Virus record (IMG/VR): IMGVR_UViG_3300003969_000009
Coordinates: 1 to 43,143 of that record
Direction: 5' to 3' (one strand)
Origin: a virus
Taxonomy: Duplodnaviria; Caudoviricetes
DNA: 43,143 nt
This document shows positions 35,624-43,143 of this stretch, piece by piece. Below the pieces are notes generated by a model. It was given only the letters and a program-made list of their open reading frames with translations. It ran no database searches and was not told the origin of the DNA. Each line of letters begins with the position of its first letter. The first letter of the stretch is position 1. Made by a program: the position numbers and the translations under genes.

Positions 35624-35902
35624 TTGAACCACATCACAGTCGTCGCGCATGGTGCGCCCGGCAGCTTTATGCGCAACGTGCAGGAGAACCCGCAAATTGC
35701 GCTGGACCTTCTGAACGAAGTCAAAGCCGTCATCAAGGCGATCCCCAACCCATTGAATGCAGAGCGTGTGCGCCTGCAGGCCGCCGTGGACTTGGCAATG
35801 CTGGGCCACATCCCCCGCCGCCCCTTGTCCCTTCGCCTCGAGCTGGAAGCCGCGAAAGTGGGTGCCGCTCTGGATAGCGAGTCGCTGGAGCAAGCATCGT
35901 GA
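35624..35902 (+). CDS. Hypothetical early protein
   Basis: TTG start after a GGAG SD; the longer ORF in the track would run through the tRNA. Confidence 0.55.
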   Translation: MNHITVVAHGAPGSFMRNVQENPQIALDLLNEVKAVIKAIPNPLNAERVRLQAAVDLAMLGHIPRRPLSLRLELEAAKVGAALDSESLEQAS

Positions 35903-36279
35903 ACACCGTGCACCTCATTGGCGCCGAAGACGTCTCGCGGGCTGGCCACAACATCGCTGGCGCAGCGGAACAAATGCAGCGCGCCGCAAGCACCATGGAC
36001 ATGGCCATCGAGCGCCTGATTCGCCACTTGGAAGAGCACGCCAATCGCGTCTGTGACGCTCTGGAAGTGAAGTCGGCACCAGCGCCGCGCCGCGTGGAGT
36101 GCTTCCAACGCTTCCACCTTCAGGGCAATGAATGGACCCCCATTCAGTCCATCGGACATGGCGCCTTCATCAAGTGGATCGAAGAGCAGCACGGCGAAAC
36201 CGTTGCCATGGTTGAAATGGCTGACGGCACCGTCAGGACCTTTCAGCCAGACCGCATCAAGTTCGAGGTGCCAGCGTGA
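35899..36279 (+). CDS. Hypothetical early protein
   Basis: [12 protein letters not shown]-terminus; [13 protein letters not shown]-terminus; coupled. Confidence 0.7.
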   Translation: MNTVHLIGAEDVSRAGHNIAGAAEQMQRAASTMDMAIERLIRHLEEHANRVCDALEVKSAPAPRRVECFQRFHLQGNEWTPIQSIGHGAFIKWIEEQHGETVAMVEMADGTVRTFQPDRIKFEVPA

Positions 36280-36455
36280 ACGCCCGCCTCCACCCCACCC
36301 TGGCGCTGGCCCTGCTGCCCATGGCCCCCAAAGGCTCCGTCGTGCACAAGGCCTTGCCCTCTGCCCAACCCGTAGACCCAAAGATCCAGCAAGACTGGGA
36401 CCGGGCTCTGAAGCTGCAGCAAGAGCTGCCTGAATGCCTGCGGGGTGTGCTTTGA
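36276..36455 (+). CDS. Small hypothetical protein (59 aa)
   Basis: GTGA overlap; [19 protein letters not shown]...CLRGVL. Confidence 0.5.
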   Translation: MNARLHPTLALALLPMAPKGSVVHKALPSAQPVDPKIQQDWDRALKLQQELPECLRGVL

Positions 36456-36805
36456 ACGCCCATCAACGCCGCTGCGAATCCCGCCGTCGTCACATGGAAT
36501 TGCCGCTGGGCAAGGCCGTGGACTTCAATGCACTGCAAGGTCGTCGCGTCTATGCCTACGGCAGCTTGAGCTGCGACATGACCATCTATGCCCATACCTT
36601 GGACAAGATTGGCAGTGCAACCGTGCATCGCCATGTTCGGCCCAGCAAAGGCGGCCCAGTTGATCTACTGCTGACAGGGCGCGACGGCGCGAAACAGGTG
36701 ATCAGTACCAGCGTGCGCGGGCTGCGTTTGGTGAATCGTGAAGACCGCGCCGCGCGCCCCTGGTGGGCTGATACGCGCCGTAAGGCCAAGGCAGGTGCCG
36801 CATGA
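36452..36805 (+). CDS. Hypothetical protein
   Basis: In frame with the 36434..36805 ORF; exact start uncertain. Confidence 0.5.
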   Translation: MNAHQRRCESRRRHMELPLGKAVDFNALQGRRVYAYGSLSCDMTIYAHTLDKIGSATVHRHVRPSKGGPVDLLLTGRDGAKQVISTSVRGLRLVNREDRAARPWWADTRRKAKAGAA

Positions 36806-36927
36806 CCTACATCGTCCGCATCCCCGGCCTGCGCCTGACCGTCACCGCCACCAGCGTCTGGGACGCCATTGACCAGGTGCGCGCGGCTTATCCACTGCAC
36901 CGCGGTGGGACTGCGAGGCCAGCATGA
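36802..36927 (+). CDS. Small hypothetical protein (41 aa)
   Basis: ATGA overlaps on both sides; MTYIVRIPGLRLTVTATSVWDAIDQV... Confidence 0.55.
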   Translation: MTYIVRIPGLRLTVTATSVWDAIDQVRAAYPLHRGGTARPA

Positions 36928-37565
36928 GCGCGCCTTTTTGCCCCTATTGCGGCCAATTGTCTTTGCTGGTGGACGGCACGGTGATCTATCCCCATCGCCC
37001 TGACTTGGCAGTAAAGAAGTTTTACCAGTGCGCACCCTGCGACGCCTATGTGGGCTGCCACCCCAAGGCCGCACCCAACGGAATGGGTGGCTTCGGTGAC
37101 GGCACAGTGCCCTTGGGCCGTCTGGCCAATGCTGAGCTGCGCCGTGCAAAAGCTGCAGCTCACGCTGCCTTTGATCCGCTCTGGCGCATCGACGGTATGC
37201 GCCGGCGTGACGCCTACAGCTGGCTGGCCAAGTCCATGGGCATGCCAACCCATGAATGCCATATCGGCATGTTTGACGTCGGCCAATGCGAGGCGGTTAC
37301 CCGCCTGCGACACCACTCCCCCACCAACCCATTAGGAGATCACCATGACACGCGAATTCAAACCAGCCCAAGCATTCACCGACAAACCACGCCCACCAAT
37401 TCCCCTGGTGCCCGTCACCAGCAACCAAGTTGCGGCCATCGGCTACGACGAAGCCACCCAGACCCTGGCCGTGACCTTCACACGCGGCCCCGGGTCGATC
37501 TACCACTACCCCAACGTGACCAAGGAAACCCACGACGCCTTCATGCAGGCCGAGTCCATCGGTAA
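36924..37565 (+). CDS. DUF3268-like zinc-finger protein
   Basis: CPYCG..C.PCDAYVGCH..PLGRLANAELR..AHAAFDPLW..AYSWLA..CHIGMFD; 3' end uncertain because it overlaps the KTSC gene. Confidence 0.75.
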   Translation: MSAPFCPYCGQLSLLVDGTVIYPHRPDLAVKKFYQCAPCDAYVGCHPKAAPNGMGGFGDGTVPLGRLANAELRRAKAAAHAAFDPLWRIDGMRRRDAYSWLAKSMGMPTHECHIGMFDVGQCEAVTRLRHHSPTNPLGDHHDTRIQTSPSIHRQTTPTNSPGARHQQPSCGHRLRRSHPDPGRDLHTRPRVDLPLPQRDQGNPRRLHAGRVHR

Positions 37566-37677
37566 GTACTTTGGTGCCCACATCAAAGACCTGCCTTTCG
37601 AGAAGTTCGCGGCCGAGCCTGAGCCCGTGGACGAATCAGGGGCCGCAGTGGACGAACCCGCTGCCCAAGAGACCTAA
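37345..37677 (+). CDS. KTSC domain protein
   Basis: VTSNQVAAIGYD..TQTLAVTF..GSIYHY.NV...HDAFMQAESIGKYF..HIK. Confidence 0.9.
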   Translation: MTREFKPAQAFTDKPRPPIPLVPVTSNQVAAIGYDEATQTLAVTFTRGPGSIYHYPNVTKETHDAFMQAESIGKYFGAHIKDLPFEKFAAEPEPVDESGAAVDEPAAQET

Positions 37678-37786
37678 ACCAATTTCGGGGCGGCGAACCT
37701 CCCTACTGGCAGTCTGGATTGCTCCCCTGGACCGTCAGCACAACTAGCCGCCCCACCCCCTTTCCCACCACTGAAAGCCCACCAAC

Positions 37787-38482
37787 ATGTCCCAGATCCC
37801 ACAAGGCAAATTCGAATTCGCCAGCGCCATCACCGTCCAGCTGCTCAACGTCAACGCCCGCAAGGAGTTGCATGGCGAAGAGCACGTCCAGGCGGTGGAC
37901 CTCAGTTTCCGCGCTGACTTCCCCAACTCCATCCTGGACGAAATCTTTGCGCCAGGCTTGTGCAAAGCCTTCTACTTCAACGCGGCCGGCGACGCTGGCC
38001 AAGAACGCATCGAAGGCCTGCCGGAAACCCTGCCCAACCTGCGCTTTTCCAAGCTGAAGGCGGGCCAGTCGTGGGGTGGCAAAGACAAGCTGGTGGGCTA
38101 CGTGCTGCGCATTGAATTCGGCTTGGGCGATGCCTTGAGCAACATCGAGCTGGAGCTGTGCAAGGTCTACGGCCGCGCCTTTGAAATGAAGGAAGGCGGC
38201 ACCACCACGGTCTACTGGAAGGTATCCAACGCCACAGAGCGCCTGGACACTGAGACTTGCGGCAAGCTGGTGCTGCTCAGTGGTGGCGAAGTCACCATGA
38301 GCCTGAAGGCGCCGGCGGTCCAGCAAGAAGAGAAGGTAGTCGATCCTGAGTCGCCATTCTTGAACAACGACCCCAAGCCGCTGGGCGAAGGTGACGACAA
38401 CCCCGGACAAGGCGCTTGGCCCTTCCCCAATCCAGAAACCCCTGAAGGCGCTCTGGCGGCAGCTGTGGGTGAGGCTGAGTAA
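37787..38482 (+). CDS. Hypothetical phage protein
   Basis: NARKELHGEEHVQAVDL and EGGT motifs; strong codon bias. Confidence 0.75.
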   Translation: MSQIPQGKFEFASAITVQLLNVNARKELHGEEHVQAVDLSFRADFPNSILDEIFAPGLCKAFYFNAAGDAGQERIEGLPETLPNLRFSKLKAGQSWGGKDKLVGYVLRIEFGLGDALSNIELELCKVYGRAFEMKEGGTTTVYWKVSNATERLDTETCGKLVLLSGGEVTMSLKAPAVQQEEKVVDPESPFLNNDPKPLGEGDDNPGQGAWPFPNPETPEGALAAAVGEAE

Positions 38483-38485
38483 GAC

Positions 38486-39394
38486 ATGAAGGCCATCGAC
38501 CTCTTCGCTGGCGCCGGTGGCTTTTCTACTGGTGCCACTATGGCCGGCGTGCAAGTTGTCTGGGCGGCCAACCACTGGCCAGCAGCAGTGCAGGTGCACG
38601 CCAACAACCACCCTGACACGCAGCACGTGTGCCAAGACCTTCAGCAAGCGAACTGGAGCCAGGTTCCCGCCCATGATTTGCTGATGGCGTCGCCAGCCTG
38701 CCAAGGCCACAGCCGTGCCCGAGGCAAGGAGCGTGCGCACCATGACGCACAGCGCGCCACGGCTTGGGCTGTAGTCAGTGCTGCCGAATGCCACCGGCCG
38801 GAGGCAGTGCTGGTGGAAAACGTGCCAGAGTTCGCCAAGTGGCAACTCTTCCCGGCATGGTGCTCGGCCATGGGAGCGCTGGGCTACGCGCTCGCGCCCA
38901 TGATCCTGGACGCCGCGGATCATGGCGTGGCCCAGCACCGCCGCCGCCTGTTTTTTGTAGGCACCCGCAGCAAGCACCCAGTGGAGCTGGACCTGCCGCG
39001 CCGTGATCATGTTGGCTCTGCCAAGATCATCGACTTTGAGGCTGGCCGCTGGTCAGCAATCGACAAAGCTGGCCGCAGTCTGTCCACCTTGTCGCGCATC
39101 ACAGAGGGCCGCAAAGCACACGGCGCGCGGTTCCTCACTGCCTATTACGGCAATGAATCCGGGGGGCGTAGTCTGTCGCGCCCTGTTGGGACCATCACCA
39201 CCCGCGACCGCTGGGCCGTCATCGACGGTGACCGCATGCGCATGTTGTCGGTGGATGAGTGCCGCAAGGCTATGGCCTTCCCAGCCAATTACCAACTACC
39301 AACCCGCGCCAAAGACGCCATGCACATGCTGGGTAATGCAGTGGTGCCCGTGGTTGCCTGTGACGTGATCGAAGCAATCAGGAGAGTCGCATGA
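38486..39394 (+). CDS. DNA (cytosine-5) methyltransferase
   Basis: DLFAGAGG, ASPACQ, VENV, Q.RRRLF, LGNAV. Confidence 0.95.
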   Translation: MKAIDLFAGAGGFSTGATMAGVQVVWAANHWPAAVQVHANNHPDTQHVCQDLQQANWSQVPAHDLLMASPACQGHSRARGKERAHHDAQRATAWAVVSAAECHRPEAVLVENVPEFAKWQLFPAWCSAMGALGYALAPMILDAADHGVAQHRRRLFFVGTRSKHPVELDLPRRDHVGSAKIIDFEAGRWSAIDKAGRSLSTLSRITEGRKAHGARFLTAYYGNESGGRSLSRPVGTITTRDRWAVIDGDRMRMLSVDECRKAMAFPANYQLPTRAKDAMHMLGNAVVPVVACDVIEAIRRVA

Positions 39395-39963
39395 GAAAAA
39401 CCAGCGTATACGCCCGCAAGCAGCGCCGATTGGGCGGCACCTACAACGGGGCCGAGGGCTTCAACGTGATCCAACGCTGCAGGCAGTACACCAGCGAACC
39501 ACTACCGGGCATGGAGTCTGTGGAGGGCACACAGTCTGCCGCCGATAAATCCATGATCCTCGTGCGTGAGGCCTATGTGGCAATGAAGAACACCGCCTGC
39601 ATAGACCCAGCGCACGACTTTGATGTGCTGGCACATGCCATTGGCGTGTCTTGGATCCGGGCGGTGCAGATCGCCGGGAAGGACGACTTCACCAACACCA
39701 TGCTGCCCATCCTGAAAGCTGCCAACGACGCACTGGGCCGCAGCAAAGAACGTTTCCATCGCATCGGCCGCATGGGCTTTGACGGCCCAGCCATCGACCA
39801 GGTAGAGGCCGGCATCGAAGTCTACGAAGCCATCTTGCAGGCCAGCTCACCGGCACAAATGACTGCCGCCACGGAACAGCGCAGCGCAGTTGTGAAAACA
39901 CAGCATGCTCACTTTGGCCCGGCCCCGGTGACGGTGTTGGCCATTGATGTGAGCACCCAATGA
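39391..39963 (+). CDS. Hypothetical protein
   Basis: 190 aa, ATGA-coupled. Confidence 0.75.
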   Translation: MRKTSVYARKQRRLGGTYNGAEGFNVIQRCRQYTSEPLPGMESVEGTQSAADKSMILVREAYVAMKNTACIDPAHDFDVLAHAIGVSWIRAVQIAGKDDFTNTMLPILKAANDALGRSKERFHRIGRMGFDGPAIDQVEAGIEVYEAILQASSPAQMTAATEQRSAVVKTQHAHFGPAPVTVLAIDVSTQ

Positions 39964-40136
39964 CCCGCCTATCCCACACAACCCCGCCAACCCTGCGGGA
40001 AACGATGACGTTCGAACAGTACGCACGCAACCATGCGCGACTGCTGGACGTGAAAGCCGAGCCGATTGCGCTCCAGAAGTGGGCGATAGAGGCTAAGAAG
40101 GTGATTGAAGAACTTGTTAGGAAAGGGACTGTATGA
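39960..40136 (+). CDS. Small hypothetical protein (58 aa)
   Basis: Translated by hand: MTRLSHTTPPTLRETMTFEQYARNH...; ATGA overlaps on both sides. Confidence 0.55.
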   Translation: MTRLSHTTPPTLRETMTFEQYARNHARLLDVKAEPIALQKWAIEAKKVIEELVRKGTV

Positions 40137-40669
40137 CTACAGAAGATTTGATTGCGCGATTGCGCGACACAACAGCATTAAGCGACCCACTGCTGACGCA
40201 TGAAGCAGCCGACGCACTGGAAGCACATGGGCTGGAGGTTGCGGAGCAGCACCGCATGTGGGACACGCTGAATGTCTACTGTGGGCAAGCCGAGCGCCAG
40301 CGCGACGACGCCATTGAAGAACGCGACCAAGCACGCGCAGAGCTTGCGGCTATCCGTGCGACACAAGAGCCGGAACAGGCTGTTTATCTGGTGTGCACTG
40401 GCGAGACACATAACGGCGAGGAAACCTACACGCGCCACGATGTTCTTCCGCCACTTTGTGATACTGAAAAACTCTACGCCTCCCCCGTAGCCAAGGATGC
40501 TGGACTGGTGGCGGATGGGTGGAAGCTGACAGTGCGCGATTTGATAGTTTCCCACTCCATGAACGCTAGCTGTCAGGCTGGGCTTGTTCCCCGGTGCATT
40601 TGCGTGAAGTGCGCTACTGAACGGGCTGAATACATGCTAGCCGCCTCACCAAAGATCGGGGGTGTTTGA
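40133..40669 (+). CDS. Ead/Ea22-like hypothetical protein
   Basis: DLIARLR..EAADALE, coiled coil, KLYASP, MLAASPK mosaic motifs. Confidence 0.65.
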   Translation: MTTEDLIARLRDTTALSDPLLTHEAADALEAHGLEVAEQHRMWDTLNVYCGQAERQRDDAIEERDQARAELAAIRATQEPEQAVYLVCTGETHNGEETYTRHDVLPPLCDTEKLYASPVAKDAGLVADGWKLTVRDLIVSHSMNASCQAGLVPRCICVKCATERAEYMLAASPKIGGV

Positions 40670-40911
40670 TGGCTGACATATCCAAAGAGATGGCGCTTGT
40701 GATTGGCGCAAAACACTCAACACCAACGCAATTTGGACGCGAGTTTTCTGAGGCGCAATGGATGGCAGCGGTTCAGGATATTGCCAAGCTGGGCCGCAAT
40801 GCTGGGCTGGAGGAGGCTGCGCAGGAGTTGAAGGGAGTCACAGGAACCCACCCAATGGTGCTGCGCGGAATTGTTCACGCAGTTGAAATCATCGAAGAAT
40901 TGAAAGGGTAA
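40666..40911 (+). CDS. Hypothetical protein
   Basis: Coupled ORF with an RNAGLEEAA motif. Confidence 0.6.
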   Translation: MMADISKEMALVIGAKHSTPTQFGREFSEAQWMAAVQDIAKLGRNAGLEEAAQELKGVTGTHPMVLRGIVHAVEIIEELKG

Positions 40912-40913
40912 GT

Positions 40914-41156
40914 ATGCCAATTCAAGCAGGCCGATGCGTGCTAATCACTAAGCACCTTGCAGACTACTTAAGGCAGCACTTGCAAAGCGAGCGGCGCAAG
41001 TTAAATGGCTTCGTTGCACTAGGAAATGAGCTGCAAAGAGCCAAGTGGTATGAAGACGCCATTCATTCGCTAGACGCAGTAAATGCAGATACGCAATCAA
41101 AAAGAGCGGCCCTAAAACAACTTCTCCATGAAGAGGTGAAGCAATGCAGCGCGTGA
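40914..41156 (+). CDS. Hypothetical protein
   Basis: Tightly packed in the early operon. Confidence 0.5.
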   Translation: MPIQAGRCVLITKHLADYLRQHLQSERRKLNGFVALGNELQRAKWYEDAIHSLDAVNADTQSKRAALKQLLHEEVKQCSA

Positions 41157-41338
41157 CCATTCCTCGCGAAGCTTTTGATGCCATGTTAGATGCGCTGACT
41201 GGAATTCAGGCTCACTTTGAAAGCGGCAAAGCATTGGCGACGGGTAAAGCAGTGATTGAAATTGATTGTATTGAGGTCCAAGCAACTTACATAGCTGCGG
41301 CTGCCGCCATCGAATCTTTGAAAAACAACACGCCATGA
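41144..41338 (+). CDS. Hypothetical protein
   Basis: GAGG SD; coupled to the next gene. Confidence 0.55.
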   Translation: MQRVTIPREAFDAMLDALTGIQAHFESGKALATGKAVIEIDCIEVQATYIAAAAAIESLKNNTP

Positions 41339-41655
41339 GCACCGATCAAATTACTTTTGTAGCGCTTGTGGCTTTTGTGGTTTTGTTTGTTTACGCATTT
41401 GGCAAGGCCATGGGGATTCACGACCAAAAAAAGCTTTGGCAAGACCACATGGATTTAGGCAACCGTTATCGCTGGGCGGTGGAAGACTTAGACCGCTGGT
41501 GTGGGCACATGTCACCACACGCAAAACTAATCGCTACACACCTTAAGGCCAAGGGCGAAGGCTACAGCGTGAACGCAGGAACCCCAACAGGCATGGAGGC
41601 TTGCACTGTTGACGGATTGCGCACACAACTTGAACGATTGAAAGAACAACCATGA
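41335..41655 (+). CDS. Hypothetical protein with N-terminal TM helix
   Basis: ITFVALVAFVVLFVYAF; coupled. Confidence 0.6.
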   Translation: MSTDQITFVALVAFVVLFVYAFGKAMGIHDQKKLWQDHMDLGNRYRWAVEDLDRWCGHMSPHAKLIATHLKAKGEGYSVNAGTPTGMEACTVDGLRTQLERLKEQP

Positions 41656-43143
41656 CCACCAACCTTCTATCAGTTATTGAGCAGCAGCATAAAGCACTGC
41701 AAGGCGCAGAAAATATTCTGTTATTTGGAACTGGGTATTCACAGTCAGCAATAGAAGCTGGAATTGGCAAGGTGCGCGTTGCCTTGGATGCAGGCCAGCA
41801 AGCGCTGGAGCAGACGCAGGGGGGGGGCGCAGGGGGATGTTGAGTATTACGGGCTTGAGCCTTGGGAGCATGACAAGCAAAGTCCAACCGCAGGTATGAA
41901 CATTGCACAACGTATTCTGCATGTAGGCGGCAGAAATAATGAGGCGGGATATGTAGAGTTTGGCAGCATTCAAGCCGTTGAAGCGTTGGTTCGTCAAGTT
42001 CTGCGCGACCTACCACCTCACCACAAAGCCACCGAGCCAGCACCCAGCACAGAACGCGAGCGCATGGAGACTTTAAGCGCCATGGCTCGGGAGCAACTGA
42101 GCGGGCAAGCAATCGTTTACGACACAGCATTGGGGTCGATGAAATCTGTGCCAAGGACAGAACCCAGAATGGCGAGGGAGCGGGCACATCAAGGAGAAAA
42201 TCATGAGCAGCAAGTACGACCCGAAATGGGTGCAGTGGGTGGACAACAATCCATGGAAAGCTCAGGCAGTGGTCGCAATAGCAATCCTACTGTTCTTGTT
42301 TCCAATATTGAAGCCTTACTGGCCTTGGACGCTGCTGGGGCTTTAGTTCCTCATGGGATTGGCGGGCATGCGCGCAGCTTGCTGAAATCAGCCGCCGCCC
42401 TCCTATCCACCCCAGCACCGCCATCCGCTGCCCTGCCAAAAATCGGATGCGTCCAGCACGACTGCGCAGAATGTCAGGCGCGTGCTGTCATGCCAGCACC
42501 AAGCACGGAGGGGGAGCGGCCAACAAAACCCGGTCTGTTCGCATGGGTTCCAGAGAGCGGAAGCCCTGTGCTTGTGCTGGTAGACAAGAGGCCAAGCGAT
42601 CACAGTCCCGGTGGCGTACTCAATGGGCATGTTCTCCAGTCGCCCACGTTCTATAACGGCTGCGCAATCGCTTCTTGGCCTGCAACAGGCTGGGTTGACC
42701 TTCGCGCCGCCCTCCTGCAATCCGCTGCCATGCCAGTGGGGGAGCTGACGTATTCGCTTGATGCTGATCCACAAGGCATTCGCGCCCGTGTGGTTCAGGC
42801 TGTGCAGGGTGCCCTGACCTTTGGCGCACGGAATGAAAACAAGCCGCCAAAGGGTCATTGGCTGAATGAGATTTGGGAATCTGCGCGTGCAGAAAGAGAG
42901 GATGCCGTAGACCGTGTGGCTACTCTTTTTGAAAACATGGAAACGCCTTACTTGCCAGACATTGCAAATGCCATTGATGGAGCAGCCGCCAGCTCGCAGC
43001 CTGTGCGGGAGCCTCTGACGGATGAGCAGATCGTGGATGCCCTACAGAACTTGGGGCGCATGGGCTTTGGACCCTATGAAGAAGGCTTTGAGGCTGGCGT
43101 TCACCATGCAGAAGCCGCCCACGGAATAGGAGTGCAGCCATGA
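41652..43143 (+). pseudogene. Ea22-like mosaic protein split by a frameshift in a G9 run
   Basis: Removing one G from 41819-41827 joins 41652..41843 to the long frame ending at 43143; PAPSTE.ER repeats, EPLTDEQI..AEAAHGIG end. Confidence 0.6.

Larger units (their letters stand above)
1..43143. mobile_element. Temperate phage / probably defective prophage with podovirus-like virion module
   Basis: Integrase, cI/cro switch, capsid, portal, tail and lysis genes; att sites not visible inside the window. Confidence 0.9.

Noticed and set aside
1-43143. attL/attR direct repeats or terminal repeats
   Set aside because: The window begins at the integrase ATG and ends at a stop codon; no flanking repeat is visible.

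Overview
A temperate phage or prophage of about 43 kb, GC-rich and probably from a betaproteobacterial (Comamonadaceae/Burkholderiales-like) host. The host is inferred from gene content only. In order, the window holds: (1) a tyrosine integrase; (2) an accessory block with a LexA-box-controlled gene and a thermonuclease; (3) a P22 immI-like divergent Arc/Mnt pair and a Rha-KilAC antirepressor; (4) a podovirus-like virion module on the minus strand (ejection proteins, GNAT, tail tube, tail fibre, GH5 hydrolase, adaptors, N4-gp56-like capsid, scaffold, portal, TerS); (5) lysis genes; (6) a cro/cI switch with five TAGC-N4-GCTA operators; (7) a rightward early operon with tRNA-His, KTSC and a C5 methyltransferase. 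The most striking element is at 5367-6766. There, a stand-alone RAMP/Cas7-like gene and a coupled partner gene are followed by three non-coding units. Each unit is a tract of strictly phased 5-nt G(G)Y-NN repeats with variable dinucleotides, ending in conserved, covarying hairpins. This looks like an RNA-guided, CRISPR-ancestral-type system (VIPR-like by my recollection), not a CRISPR array. Other notable points: a complete C4-type antisense RNA cassette that now controls a truncated KilA-N and a membrane zincin; a second paralog of that zincin; and two deletion junctions (terS/portal and DUF4942/holin) that remove terL and the replication/Q region, so the element appears defective. All product calls come from motif recognition by eye; no searches were run.
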